Virus record (IMG/VR): IMGVR_UViG_3300049491_000418 | Location: 42,776 to 106,775 of that record | Length of the DNA stretch: 64,000 nucleotides | Reading direction: 5' to 3' (one strand) | DNA from: a virus | In this document: positions 37,784 to 47,943 of the stretch, in pieces | How positions within the stretch are numbered: the first letter of the stretch is position 1 | How the letters are laid out: each line of letters opens with the position of its first letter | The notes under the pieces: model-generated | The model's database searches: none | Told to the model about the DNA's origin: nothing | What the model saw: only the letters and a program-made list of their open reading frames with translations | Program-made: the position numbers and the translations under genes

Positions 37784-38781
37784 AATAATCCTTTTTCTTT
37801 AAAAATTGTTTCTACAGTATTCATACCCTTAGCTTTAGCTAAATCTGCCCAATCTTTGATTCCTTCACTTAAGTACTTTCTTGGTACATTCATATAATCA
37901 AAATCAAAAATCTTAGTAATTTGTTGAGAGTTTGTTACACCTGCAACATCACTATCAAATGATAGTATTTGTCTTTTTGAATTATCCTTTAGATACTTTA
38001 CATTTTCCTCAGTAAAGCAGGCTATACCTTCATTCTGAGTTGCACAGGAGCTTTCTAAGAGCTTTTTAACTACCATATAATCTTTCTTACTCTTGTTGAT
38101 AAAAGCATAGCTAGAATCCTTTATATTCTCTAATCCTTCCATTGTAGAAATAGGAACATTATTGGGAACCCACTTAGATCTTTTTTCAGCATGTGGTCTG
38201 TAGATTTTCCAATAACCATTATAATAGTAACCAAATTTAAGTTCCAATGGCTTGAATGTAAATAGCTGTTTGTTAAGAAACACCTTGTTTAGGGAGAATA
38301 TATTATTATCCCTTAGGTCTTGAAGATCCTGATGATACTCATTCCAATAAGCTAATTCTTCTTTGGTAAACTTCTTTGGTACTACCTGGATATTGGTATA
38401 TCTTTTTCCAAGGTCTTCTGGCTGTTTATAATCTGCTTTAATAATTTTATATACAGCTGTATTTGTAGATTGTCCTGTTAATCCTAATCCAAAATCTTTA
38501 TCAATCAGCATTAAAGCATCATTCATTGTTATACCATATAGAGTCTTTACAAAAGAGAAACAATCTCCTTTTACACTAGTATCTGCAAAGTCTATAAAAA
38601 ACAAAGTACCACCCTTATTTCCTATCATAAAGGAAGGGTGATCATCTTTTCTAAATGGTGAATTTGTTACATGATTAATACTCCATGAGTGTGGCATATA
38701 AAACTTAAATATGTCATAAGGAGTAAGTCTTTGGAAAATGGTTTCAGGGGTAAGTGCTACTTTCTTAACTCCTCCAATCAT
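37780..38781 (-). CDS. DNA primase (crAss-type, TOPRIM)
   Basis: SPFRKDDHPSF, FIDF..GDCF, KSKKD, SFDSDVAG, KDWAD. Confidence 0.85.
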   Translation of the reverse strand: MIGGVKKVALTPETIFQRLTPYDIFKFYMPHSWSINHVTNSPFRKDDHPSFMIGNKGGTLFFIDFADTSVKGDCFSFVKTLYGITMNDALMLIDKDFGLGLTGQSTNTAVYKIIKADYKQPEDLGKRYTNIQVVPKKFTKEELAYWNEYHQDLQDLRDNNIFSLNKVFLNKQLFTFKPLELKFGYYYNGYWKIYRPHAEKRSKWVPNNVPISTMEGLENIKDSSYAFINKSKKDYMVVKKLLESSCATQNEGIACFTEENVKYLKDNSKRQILSFDSDVAGVTNSQQITKIFDFDYMNVPRKYLSEGIKDWADLAKAKGMNTVETIFKEKGLL

Positions 38782-38793
38782 TTTTAGTGAAAT

Positions 38794-38823
38794 AAAAGCC
38801 CCTAACTTTTACATTAGGGGCTT
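38794..38823 (-). terminator. Intrinsic terminator
   Basis: AAGCCCCTAA-loop-TTAGGGGCTT with a T-tract on the - strand. Confidence 0.75.
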
Positions 38824-38830
38824 GTTACTA

Positions 38831-39712
38831 TTAGTAATCAGCTCCCCCTTCTGTTAATGGGGCATTAGTTGCTACAGGATTATCATTTGGATCATAATCC
38901 TTGATGTCTTTTAAACAAAAGAAATCTTTACATCCATATTCTCCTGTAACTCTAATAACAAATCTTTCATAGACTTTTAAGTCTTTAGTAGCTTTTGTTA
39001 GTAAAGCAGCTTGAACATTATCATCATCATAATCAATAAGTCTGAAATGTTTCATTGCATAAGCAGGTACAAAGGCTCTGTTATAGATTCCTTGATACTC
39101 TTTGGTTTCTCCTTCCACTTCTTTAACAATAACAGTGGCTAAGCAACCAACTTCTCCTGCCCATTCTCCTTCAATTTGTTCTTTGATGTCTCTCACATCA
39201 CCTTTCATAAGTTTTTTCCAATCCAATGAAAGAGCAGTTTCTCCATCTCTATAATCAAGCTTATTTAACCAAGCTCTCATAAACTCATAAAGATCTTCTT
39301 CTCCATGATATGCAGGTCTATATTCACGTTTGGTAAACCAAGCAGGAAGATTTTCTTCTTCATCTGTCCAAGCACAAGTACCAATATTGTTGATAAATTG
39401 TGTTTTAGTATCATCTTTATTTGTTCTAATCTTATCTTCAAGGAAGAAAGACATTTTATAGGGTCTATCTTTATTACCCTCTGCATTAGGTTTTACATTT
39501 TCAAGCCAGAAATCAATTCTGACAAGAGAGTTACCATCTCTTTCTCCAGTATATTCCGCAGCTTTGCTATCCTCTTTTAATTCCATACCAAGAATTTCTT
39601 TAAACTCTTTTTCATTAGGATTAACAGCTAATACTGTTGCTGTAAACAGCCCTACTTTTTTTGAAAAGTTACCATCTTGGTTCTCTCTTTTTTTACCTCC
39701 AATTGCTCCCAT
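38831..39712 (-). CDS. Probable single-stranded DNA-binding protein
   Basis: KKVGL..ATVLAVNP, RIDFWL, acidic C-terminus ending in an aromatic residue; located next to the primase. Confidence 0.6.
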   Translation of the reverse strand: MGAIGGKKRENQDGNFSKKVGLFTATVLAVNPNEKEFKEILGMELKEDSKAAEYTGERDGNSLVRIDFWLENVKPNAEGNKDRPYKMSFFLEDKIRTNKDDTKTQFINNIGTCAWTDEEENLPAWFTKREYRPAYHGEEDLYEFMRAWLNKLDYRDGETALSLDWKKLMKGDVRDIKEQIEGEWAGEVGCLATVIVKEVEGETKEYQGIYNRAFVPAYAMKHFRLIDYDDDNVQAALLTKATKDLKVYERFVIRVTGEYGCKDFFCLKDIKDYDPNDNPVATNAPLTEGGADY

Positions 39713-39716
39713 GTTT

Positions 39717-39974
39717 CTAATTTTTAATTGTTACATTATTTTTACTAATTATTACTCTTTTTGAAACTATCTCTACAAGATCTACAGAGTCTTCTTCTAC
39801 AATAAATACAACTCCATATTGTGTTGAAATACAATGTCTTCTTTCTCCTGAAAGAAAAAACCATCCTGCTTCTGGAGGTGTTCCTGAATTTTCATCAGTT
39901 AAAGGACTAACAAAATAGTATCCTTCAACCCACTCTCCATTATCAATTCTCTTACCTTTGAATACTACTTTCAT
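39717..39974 (-). CDS. YopX-like protein
   Basis: FKGKRIDNGEWVEGYY. Confidence 0.65.
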   Translation of the reverse strand: MKVVFKGKRIDNGEWVEGYYFVSPLTDENSGTPPEAGWFFLSGERRHCISTQYGVVFIVEEDSVDLVEIVSKRVIISKNNVTIKN

Positions 39975-39975
39975 A

Positions 39976-40818
39976 TTACTTGTAGATGTTTTCCCAGTAG
40001 GTTTCAGTATTACCTTCTGAGTCTTGTTTAGAAATTTTAATTTTACCTTTTAATTGTGGTGCTCTACTGCCTGCTACAATTGAATCATTCAACACTTCAA
40101 AATTTAAGTATCTCTCATTACCATCAGCAACTAATTTAGCCAATGCTGTAACTTTAGATGCAAAAATTCTTTTCAATTGTCCTGTTAGAGCAATTTCACT
40201 TCCCATAATTTCCTCTTTTCCATTGTCTTTAATGTACTTATCAGTAATATGGGCAGCATAGATTCTATAAGGAGCAATCTGTCTGAAAAAATCAATTTGT
40301 TGCATAAACCAATTTCTTGTATGTAGATAACCTGCTCCTTCTGGGAGAGTTAGTACAGATTTAAATTCTGGTTCATACGGTTCATATTTTCTTCCAGTTT
40401 CCATTCCTTTCTCTCTATTGAATTTTTTACCTATAATAGTATTCATATAGGCTAGAGTTCCTCCAAGTTCAGCCAAATCATCAAGATCTGATAATCCATC
40501 TACAATAAGATAGTCATACTTGCCTTTTTGTTCCAGCAATGCATTTCTAAACTTGATGTAATTTTGGAAACTTTCCCATCTTGTAGTTTGATCACTTGTA
40601 TAAGTAGATAGTTTTCTAGCAGGGATGTATTCATATCCTCCTTTTTCTAAATCCAGTACAATAGCATTTTCCTTAGTAGTAAGTGATCCTAGAATTGTTC
40701 CTTTACCCATCTTTGGAATTGATAGAATTACAAGATCTTTTGGTGCTGTTCCAACTTTGTAGTCAATATCATCTGGTAAAATTACTTTTTCCATTTTCTC
40801 CGCTGTTTCTGTTTTCAT
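39976..40818 (-). CDS. AAA_24/Sak4-like ATPase
   Basis: PKMGKGT, LDLEKG, LIVDG, GAGY, AAH, GSR. Confidence 0.75.
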   Translation of the reverse strand: MKTETAEKMEKVILPDDIDYKVGTAPKDLVILSIPKMGKGTILGSLTTKENAIVLDLEKGGYEYIPARKLSTYTSDQTTRWESFQNYIKFRNALLEQKGKYDYLIVDGLSDLDDLAELGGTLAYMNTIIGKKFNREKGMETGRKYEPYEPEFKSVLTLPEGAGYLHTRNWFMQQIDFFRQIAPYRIYAAHITDKYIKDNGKEEIMGSEIALTGQLKRIFASKVTALAKLVADGNERYLNFEVLNDSIVAGSRAPQLKGKIKISKQDSEGNTETYWENIYK

Positions 40819-40820
40819 AA

Positions 40821-41369
40821 TTAATTATTGTTGTTAGATACTAATTTACACATATCAATAAAATATTGATTATCATAGTTCATTTTCATCTTATTAAGAT
40901 CTTTATGAACCCATTGTATATTATCTATAGTATAACCTTTTGTACTATCTATTCTGTCTAATGAAGCTGTCATAGTCTTCATTTTTTTATAATTTCTTTC
41001 TATAGTTAAGGGTATTCCAGATAATGCACATTTTCCATCTTGATTTAACCATTGTTGCCACATATCTTCTTTTGTTATATCAAAACAAAAGTTTCTTACA
41101 TTAGCTCCAGATTTGCATGATTTAAAATAAACTGCAGAAATAGATTTATACCCTTGATAGTTATAAGCACCATTTACTGTTTTATAACATTGACACCTAT
41201 AAACACCAAAAGTCCATTTGGCTTTAAGCCATTCTTTTCCACAATTTCTACATTTTACTCTATAATGATACTCATTTCCAATTTTTTCAGGAATCAAAGA
41301 AAGAATATCTACATTAGAAAAGTCTATTTTAGACTGATCTTTTAATGGATCAAAGCTTGATTTTCTCAT
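40821..41369 (-). CDS. His-Me finger/HNH-like homing endonuclease
   Basis: CRNCG, CQC, GKCALSG...SLDRIDSTKGY..DNIQWVHK..NKMK. Confidence 0.8.
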   Translation of the reverse strand: MRKSSFDPLKDQSKIDFSNVDILSLIPEKIGNEYHYRVKCRNCGKEWLKAKWTFGVYRCQCYKTVNGAYNYQGYKSISAVYFKSCKSGANVRNFCFDITKEDMWQQWLNQDGKCALSGIPLTIERNYKKMKTMTASLDRIDSTKGYTIDNIQWVHKDLNKMKMNYDNQYFIDMCKLVSNNNN

Positions 41370-41414
41370 TTTAGTACTTATTAATTAAGTACAAAGATGG
41401 GAATAATTTTTGAA

Positions 41415-41726
41415 TTATAAATAATTTTCCTTGAACTCTTTTAGTGTGGTTATTTCAATTTTCTCTCCTGCTTTTAATGCTTCCCAAGCTTCTTTAGTCA
41501 TGATAATATCAGCTGTGTGATCTTTACCAATACCAATCAACAGACTTACTGATTCAACAAAAAATTCTTGTTTATAACCAGGTTTGTTAATTGTAATATG
41601 AGACTTAGGACTAACTTTTAGCTCTTTACCTAAAGAACTAAAACCAACAATGGTTTGTTTATAGGTTCTTGTTACAGGACCAAAAGTATCAACCATCTCC
41701 ACTTTGTATTCTATATCATTTTTCAT
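41415..41726 (-). CDS. Hypothetical protein
   Basis: 103 aa ORF. Confidence 0.7.
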   Translation of the reverse strand: MKNDIEYKVEMVDTFGPVTRTYKQTIVGFSSLGKELKVSPKSHITINKPGYKQEFFVESVSLLIGIGKDHTADIIMTKEAWEALKAGEKIEITTLKEFKENYL

Positions 41727-41756
41727 AATTTCTAATTGTTTTTATAATTATGAAGT

Positions 41757-41788
41757 CAAATATACAAAAATTAAGTTGTTTTTGCAAA
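41757..41788 (-). promoter_or_regulatory. Bacteroidota primary-sigma promoter (TTTG-N20-TATATTTG)
   Basis: - strand TTTG (41785-41788), 20-nt spacer, TATATTTG (41757-41764), upstream of ATG 41726. Confidence 0.7.
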
Positions 41789-42886
41789 AATTTCAGAGGA
41801 TTTTAACCAAACAATTTTCTCTTCAGGGATATTAGAAAGAGCAGAATTTAACCAATTCAATTGAAATGGTCTACTTGTGACAAAAATATGTATGTCCGAG
41901 TGTTCAGTGTCAGTGAGCAATGCTCTACCTAACATCTGTTCCAGGTTTTCTCCATTAGAGTTAATAGAAGTGATGAGAATGTTGTCAAGATTAGGATATG
42001 TTACTCCTGCAGAGCCTTTCTTAATTAAGCAAAGCTGGTTTATGGTTCCATCTTGAAACTGTTTTAATATAGTGTCATCTACACTCTTGCTGTTAAACAT
42101 AGGAATTTTGAATTGTTTACCAAACTCTTGATTTTCTGTGAATATGATAAACCTTTTATCAGGGTTCATTCTTATCCATCTCATAACATTTAATGCTAAG
42201 GATTTATTGGTATTTATAAATCTCATCCTAGATAATGCAGCAAGCATCTTCTTATCACCATAGGTGTTTTCAACTCTTTTGGTTAACCTGTCAAGTTCTC
42301 CAACATCAGTATTCCACCATTTTCTTTTACCAGAAATAAACTGTCTTTTGGTAACAGGGTCTAATTCATACTGATGAATGTAAATAGTATAATCACTGAT
42401 AATACCATCTTCTATAGCCTGCTCTGTAGAATAATCCACTATTAGAGGTAAGCTTGTATTAATGGTAATATCTGCAAGAGTACTAGTAGTATAGGTACCA
42501 GATGCAAAAATCACATGCTTGTACTTTTTAGCCATTTCTCCAGCAATAGGCAGCTTGTGTTCCTCAGGAATAAGATGAGCTTCATCAAAGATGTAGTAAT
42601 CTGCTTCTTGTTCCATATTTTTTTCTAAGGATACAAAAGTAGAATAGATCATTTTTGGATGATAATTAATCCTATTCATCTCATTTTCCCATGAGGTTTT
42701 AATGTCCACATTAGGGTAAGCTAAAAAGATTGTAACTTCTTTTCCTTTACTATGTTTTCTAATAGACTCAAGAAGCATTTTAGTCTTTCCACTTCTAACA
42801 CTTGATAGTATTATACCTCTACAATTATGTAAAACAATTGTTTTTTCTATTCTTTCCTGAATTAGGTCTTTTTTTGATTTATCCAT
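41771..42886 (-). CDS. Superfamily 2 helicase
   Basis: RSGKT, IFDEAH, ASGT, AGV, QMLGR; start revised to 42886. Confidence 0.85.
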   Translation of the reverse strand: MDKSKKDLIQERIEKTIVLHNCRGIILSSVRSGKTKMLLESIRKHSKGKEVTIFLAYPNVDIKTSWENEMNRINYHPKMIYSTFVSLEKNMEQEADYYIFDEAHLIPEEHKLPIAGEMAKKYKHVIFASGTYTTSTLADITINTSLPLIVDYSTEQAIEDGIISDYTIYIHQYELDPVTKRQFISGKRKWWNTDVGELDRLTKRVENTYGDKKMLAALSRMRFINTNKSLALNVMRWIRMNPDKRFIIFTENQEFGKQFKIPMFNSKSVDDTILKQFQDGTINQLCLIKKGSAGVTYPNLDNILITSINSNGENLEQMLGRALLTDTEHSDIHIFVTSRPFQLNWLNSALSNIPEEKIVWLKSSEIFAKTT

Positions 42887-43523
42887 GTTTATATCTCCAT
42901 TTAAATCCACCTGCTGTATAGCTTGGACCTTTTCTTAAACAATTAAAAATACAATTTTTACTTAAACCATAGAATGTAGAAGCATCAACTACACCTTTCC
43001 ATTCTTTAATGAAATTCATGTTTTTATCATATTGAATGACTGGTACTTTTTTTCTAGCATTTATTTCTGCCATTAGTTTAACATCTCTTTTTTCACCTTT
43101 AGGATTAGGATTTTTTACTTCACCTTTTTTAAATAAAAGTTTTCTTGTAATAGAAGCCTTTTTTCTTGTTTCCTCAGAAACAATTCTTCCTTTAGAAGCA
43201 TCCTCTGTACAATTATAACCATTTTTAAAACTGTCAAAATATTTTATCCAAAATGTTTCTCTTTCAGCTCTTAACTCAAAAGAATCAATATCATCTTCTA
43301 AGATTTGAAAAACAAAATTTTGTTCTCCATGTCTTCTCCAAGATGATTGTAACTTAAAGGAATGATGCTTACCTTTTTTAAGAGAAGAAATATGATTATG
43401 TTTTCTCAGATACCATCCTTGTTTACTTGTTGATCCAATATAGTAACGTTTTGTTACTAAATTAAAAATACTATAAATAATGTGTGTCATCTCTTTTTTT
43501 TGATGAAGTACATCAAGAATCAT
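42879..43523 (-). CDS. GIY-YIG homing endonuclease with NUMOD3/NUMOD1
   Basis: IIYSI...YYIGST, NGYN, VSEETRKK, PVIQYD...TAGGFKW; start may be 43490. Confidence 0.9.
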   Translation of the reverse strand: MILDVLHQKKEMTHIIYSIFNLVTKRYYIGSTSKQGWYLRKHNHISSLKKGKHHSFKLQSSWRRHGEQNFVFQILEDDIDSFELRAERETFWIKYFDSFKNGYNCTEDASKGRIVSEETRKKASITRKLLFKKGEVKNPNPKGEKRDVKLMAEINARKKVPVIQYDKNMNFIKEWKGVVDASTFYGLSKNCIFNCLRKGPSYTAGGFKWRYKHG

Positions 43524-43529
43524 ACCAAA

Positions 43530-43832
43530 TTAACTACTGTCAGTACTTGATTTTTTGTTCTCATTTACTTGATCATAATAGTTAATAAAATCTTTTGCCT
43601 CATCACTCAAGCCTCTAATAACATCAGCTCTTAGAATAGGATGAAATTGTGCTAATGCAAACATGACATCTGCTCCTTCATTTTTAAGTCTTTTTATAAA
43701 AACAAGTTTTTCTAAAATATAGTCTTGATTTTCAGAATTAAACTGAGTTGTCCAATAATGTCTACATTTTGTAATAATCTCTTTGAATACTACATCCCTA
43801 GGAGGTAAGTATCCATCTTTTTCAATTCCCAT
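43530..43832 (-). CDS. Hypothetical protein
   Basis: 100 aa ORF. Confidence 0.7.
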   Translation of the reverse strand: MGIEKDGYLPPRDVVFKEIITKCRHYWTTQFNSENQDYILEKLVFIKRLKNEGADVMFALAQFHPILRADVIRGLSDEAKDFINYYDQVNENKKSSTDSS

Positions 43833-44893
43833 TAGCTTATAAACCAGGATTTATTAAGGACATTGGCATAATCTTCATCTGTCATGTCTTTCTTTTTCTT
43901 CAACTCTTTAAACATACCTATTTCTCCATAGAAACCTAATCCAATCCTAATATCATCAGAACCATAACTATTCTTAATAACTCTTACAGATCTATAGAAT
44001 TTAGCTCCTGTGCTATCAACAAGTTTGTTTGTGTCATAACCTGATGGATCAGGCACTTTGTATCTCACTGGATCAAATAAAGCAATAACAACATCAGCAT
44101 CATTTTGAGTTGATGAACTATCTGCAAAATCTTCCAACTGTGGCTCTAAATCTCCATTTTTTATTCTGTTGATATTAGAGATATCTCTATTAAATTGACT
44201 CACAACTACTGGACTAAACCCAAAGAAATCCCTAGCATAACGTAACTCATCTGACATCTTGTCAATTAGGGATTTTTTTGTTGGATAGTCTTTAATTGCT
44301 TTCAACAAACCAATATGGTCAATAACAACAAGTGTGATAACATTCTCATCATGAGGAACGTACTTTTTATTGTATTTATCAACTTGTATTATATCACCAT
44401 GTTCAAGGGCATACTCTTTAAGTTCTTTAGCAATACCCACGGGATTTTCAGGCCCATCAATAATAGTAATAATTTCTTCTAGTTCCTTAATATAATTTGC
44501 ATAGGACTCAAATAGTGCAAACTCTTCATCATTCATTCTATCATTCCAGCCAAGAAGTTTTGATACAGGTATACTTTTTCCATGGTCTATGAAAATCTTC
44601 CTAGAAACCCATTTAGCAATCTTGTATGTTCTACTTCTCTCCATGGAGCGGTAAATGATTTTAAGCTTGATATTTGTCTTATCCTTATTTGCAATATACC
44701 AGTCTACAGGATTTAGAACAAAAGCATCATCTATAAAAGAGGTTTTACCAGATCCTGTTAATCCTCCAATAAGATAATACATGCTCTTTCTTATTCCTAT
44801 ATAATGATTAAGCCTGTTGAAGCCCATAGGTATTCCACCATTTCTTCCTTCACGTCCTTTAATAACCTCATCTCTTAAGTCACTGAATGCCAT
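43832..44893 (-). CDS. dnaB: DnaB-like replicative helicase
   Basis: GGLTGSGKT, SMER, VIDHIGL, SQFNR, DADVV, KNSYG. Confidence 0.9.
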   Translation of the reverse strand: MAFSDLRDEVIKGREGRNGGIPMGFNRLNHYIGIRKSMYYLIGGLTGSGKTSFIDDAFVLNPVDWYIANKDKTNIKLKIIYRSMERSRTYKIAKWVSRKIFIDHGKSIPVSKLLGWNDRMNDEEFALFESYANYIKELEEIITIIDGPENPVGIAKELKEYALEHGDIIQVDKYNKKYVPHDENVITLVVIDHIGLLKAIKDYPTKKSLIDKMSDELRYARDFFGFSPVVVSQFNRDISNINRIKNGDLEPQLEDFADSSSTQNDADVVIALFDPVRYKVPDPSGYDTNKLVDSTGAKFYRSVRVIKNSYGSDDIRIGLGFYGEIGMFKELKKKKDMTDEDYANVLNKSWFIS

Positions 44894-45003
44894 AACCAAT
44901 TTATTAAATAAATTAAACCAAATGCCACTACAGCACTGATAATAAAGATTATAGCACAGCCTTTCAAGAGACTTTTGGCTATATCATCCCCCATGTCACT
45001 CAT
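44875..45003 (-). CDS. 42-aa single-pass membrane peptide (absent from track)
   Basis: MSDMGDDIAKSLLKGCAIIFIISAVVAFGLIYLINWLWHSVT*. Confidence 0.55.
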   Translation of the reverse strand: MSDMGDDIAKSLLKGCAIIFIISAVVAFGLIYLINWLWHSVT

Positions 45004-45005
45004 GA

Positions 45006-45212
45006 CTATTTATCCATATAAATAAAGAAGCTGTCTTCTTCAATAAGTTCTGGATATGTATCAACTATCCATTCTCCTAAATCATCTTCTACTTCTTCAT
45101 CAAGATGTATTTCTACATAAGATTCATACAAATTTCTACCTAGCCAATGACCTACGGATAAGGTGTTTGGAATTTCACTGAAATTCAATACTTTTTTTGT
45201 TTCTAATGCCAT
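45006..45212 (-). CDS. Small acidic hypothetical protein
   Basis: 68 aa ORF. Confidence 0.65.
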   Translation of the reverse strand: MALETKKVLNFSEIPNTLSVGHWLGRNLYESYVEIHLDEEVEDDLGEWIVDTYPELIEEDSFFIYMDK

Positions 45213-45230
45213 GATATAATTGTTTAAAGG

Positions 45231-45737
45231 TTACTTATCTAGAATGACCTTTGTAAAAGCAGTGTCTTTCTTCATTTCAATCATAAGCTCCTCAGCAGAC
45301 ATTTTCTTAGCTTTCTCAAGGAGCTTGTCTTTTTGGTCAGCAATGTTTAAGTCAACTGAAGCTTCTGCAGCTAAGTTCTTAATCTCTGTCAATACAAAGT
45401 TGCTTAACTCAGCAGGAATTTGTTTTGCTGATTTATCATTAGCAAGAAAGTTTAAAGTTTGACCACCTGCTACAATAAGCAATGCATCTTTCTTACTTGG
45501 AGTAAATACACATAACATAGTAAAGAATATCAAAATTGGATAACTCCACCACATCCATTTTCTAGACATTTTTTGTGCTTCCTCTTCATTTGCTTCATTA
45601 TTAAAGAGGTAACAAATTGTAGATATTATTGCTACTATTCCAAAAAATATTGAAACAGTTAAAAATAGTGTTTTGGCATTATCTGCTACAACAAGCCAGT
45701 AAAAGAGCGCTGAATAATCAATTGATAAAAAGTTCAT
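45231..45737 (-). CDS. Membrane protein (2 TM)
   Basis: Two hydrophobic segments, then PSKKDALLI. Confidence 0.7.
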   Translation of the reverse strand: MNFLSIDYSALFYWLVVADNAKTLFLTVSIFFGIVAIISTICYLFNNEANEEEAQKMSRKWMWWSYPILIFFTMLCVFTPSKKDALLIVAGGQTLNFLANDKSAKQIPAELSNFVLTEIKNLAAEASVDLNIADQKDKLLEKAKKMSAEELMIEMKKDTAFTKVILDK

Positions 45738-45748
45738 AATTTTTGTTT

Positions 45749-46267
45749 TTAGTTATCAAAATAAAATACAATTCTTACTTCTTCAAGATCTCCTAAAGTT
45801 TTTAGAGTTTCTAAATCTTTAAAGAATCCTTCACCAAGATTTTCTCTATAAGAAATTATTTCTCCTTCCCCCTCTTCTGCTAATGCAGCTCCATCCCAAG
45901 AATTTGGACCAATTTGTTTTGTTACCCTTCTGTTCCAAAAATCTTGATCATAATCAAAGTCTAAGAGTTCTTTTAAAGTTAAATAACTATGAGAATGATA
46001 ATCATAATCTCCTTCAAGATATAACCTATGAGTTATTGATATATCATAATCAGAGAGTTCATTTAAAAACTCACTATCATCAGGCAATCCTTTAGGTTTG
46101 CTTAAAGGAGTACAATAGTCATAATTTCTAACATCTGCTAAAAAAGCAAACATTGAATAACTTCTCCAACCAAAAGGTTCTGTTCCTTCTAAGAAGATTT
46201 TTTCTTCTACCCTTTCCCACTTACCATTTACTTTTTTCTCAGCAAATGAATGTATATCACATCCCAT
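45749..46267 (-). CDS. Phage hypothetical protein (MGCDIH family)
   Basis: MGCDIH...RSY..FA.LADVRN...HSHSYLTLKEL...RIVFYFDN. Confidence 0.75.
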   Translation of the reverse strand: MGCDIHSFAEKKVNGKWERVEEKIFLEGTEPFGWRSYSMFAFLADVRNYDYCTPLSKPKGLPDDSEFLNELSDYDISITHRLYLEGDYDYHSHSYLTLKELLDFDYDQDFWNRRVTKQIGPNSWDGAALAEEGEGEIISYRENLGEGFFKDLETLKTLGDLEEVRIVFYFDN

Positions 46268-46270
46268 AAT

Positions 46271-46987
46271 TTAAATTTCTAAAATGTTACCATTACTACT
46301 AAGTTTTCCAAATCTACCATCAGTCACCACTGAACCATTACTAAAAATAGTTGGATATGCAGACAGTTTAAGTATTCCTGCATTAATTATATCCTCATTA
46401 TTGTGTAAATGGCCAAATAAACAGTATTTTGGTTTTATACGTTCTAAAATATGTCTCTTTAAAGCCTGACATCCTGAGTGTTCTAACACTCCAGTTACTT
46501 TATTATAAGCTTTATCAAGAATAGTCTTAGGTGGTCCATGAGACACAATAATATCAACATCATCATCTACTTCTTTCCACAAAGCATCCATATTACTTCT
46601 GTGCTTAGTAAAAGCCCAACCAGTACTATATGTTGGAGTATATGGTGATCCAAAGATTTTTATGTCTTCAATATAAGCATAATCATTTTCCAAGTATGTG
46701 ATTCCATTAGCTATGAAATCATTTCTTGTTACTAATCCTGCTGCTACACTAGTCTCATGATTACCAGGTACAAATATTTTATGTTCTATTGGTAAATTAC
46801 CAAACCATTTAATAAAAGTTCTTACTTCTATTTCATTAAGATATCTATCTTTAGGATTAGCACAATCTCCACTGAAAATAACAACATCAATATCTTCTGG
46901 AACTTCTAAAAGTTTATGGTAAGTATGGGAATCTGAAAAATGCCAGATTTTAATCTTTTCTCTCACCTCTTGGTTCTCTCCAGGCAT
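46271..46987 (-). CDS. Calcineurin-like metallophosphoesterase
   Basis: SDSH, GD, GNHE, SHGPP, FGHLH; start revised to 46987. Confidence 0.9.
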   Translation of the reverse strand: MPGENQEVREKIKIWHFSDSHTYHKLLEVPEDIDVVIFSGDCANPKDRYLNEIEVRTFIKWFGNLPIEHKIFVPGNHETSVAAGLVTRNDFIANGITYLENDYAYIEDIKIFGSPYTPTYSTGWAFTKHRSNMDALWKEVDDDVDIIVSHGPPKTILDKAYNKVTGVLEHSGCQALKRHILERIKPKYCLFGHLHNNEDIINAGILKLSAYPTIFSNGSVVTDGRFGKLSSNGNILEI

Positions 46988-47354
46988 CTTTTCTAAATTT
47001 AGAGTTAATAAAAAATTCATAGAAGTTTGCACAAAATTCCTCAAACTCCTCAATTGTCATATCTCTATCTGTAATAGAAATATCCAGTCTATCAAAACCT
47101 ATGTCAGTACCTAACATAAATTCCTTTCCTATACTACAGGTTTCTGGTTCAGTAAATTGTGGATATTTAGACCAATCATAAAAAGAGTATCCTACAGAAT
47201 AACCACCATATTTTTCACCATCATCAGTATATATTCTATCAAAACTTTTCCAATACATATAGTCTTCATTCTTATAGTGTTGAATATACTTTGTATATCC
47301 TTTTTCTATAAGTTTATTTTCAAGCTCTTGGGCACCACTCTTGTTTAGATTCAT
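46950..47354 (-). CDS. Hypothetical protein
   Basis: 134 aa ORF. Confidence 0.65.
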   Translation of the reverse strand: MNLNKSGAQELENKLIEKGYTKYIQHYKNEDYMYWKSFDRIYTDDGEKYGGYSVGYSFYDWSKYPQFTEPETCSIGKEFMLGTDIGFDRLDISITDRDMTIEEFEEFCANFYEFFINSKFRKDAWREPRGERKD

Positions 47355-47943
47355 TTCCTAATGCTTGTTTAGTTATTTGCTCTTTAACTTCCTGATAAGA
47401 CCAAGGAGTGTAATTATGACTATCCACACCAACATCAAGAGATGTTACAGGATGTTTTATTACTCCTTTATTACTCAATCCTCCATGGACATGACCAAAT
47501 AGTTGCCAAGAACCTCTATGGCTTCCATTCCAAACAATCATAGGATAATGACACATTACAATATGTTGTTTTCCATAGGTTATTTCTTCATCATCCACAA
47601 AAATTTCAGCAACATCATTTATTGATGCCCATCTTTCTCTTATAAATGGTTTACCAAGGGCATCATGTTCATGATTACCTACAACCAGATGAATTTCTCC
47701 GTTTAATTGTTGTAATACATCATATAGTTCCTTAGGATTAGCAGTTAGGCTAACATCTCCTAAATTAAAAACTTTACCATCTTTAGGAACAACTGAGTTC
47801 CAGTTTTTAATCAAATTACTATTCATCTCATCCACATCTACAAAAGGTCTATCACAATAAGTGATAATATTTTTGTGAAATAAGTGATCATCTGATGTAA
47901 AGAACAGTTTCTCTTTTTCAAAAATTACATTTTTTATTTTCAT
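47320..47943 (-). CDS. Calcineurin-like metallophosphoesterase
   Basis: SDDH, LGD, GNHE, CHYP, FGHVH, DVGVD. Confidence 0.9.
   Translation of the reverse strand: MKIKNVIFEKEKLFFTSDDHLFHKNIITYCDRPFVDVDEMNSNLIKNWNSVVPKDGKVFNLGDVSLTANPKELYDVLQQLNGEIHLVVGNHEHDALGKPFIRERWASINDVAEIFVDDEEITYGKQHIVMCHYPMIVWNGSHRGSWQLFGHVHGGLSNKGVIKHPVTSLDVGVDSHNYTPWSYQEVKEQITKQALGNESKQEWCPRA

Noticed and set aside
40821-43523. Group I introns or inteins hosting the endonucleases
   Set aside because: Flanking genes appear complete with their own starts and stops, there is no room for intron cores, and no intein motifs were seen in PolA, DnaB or RecA.
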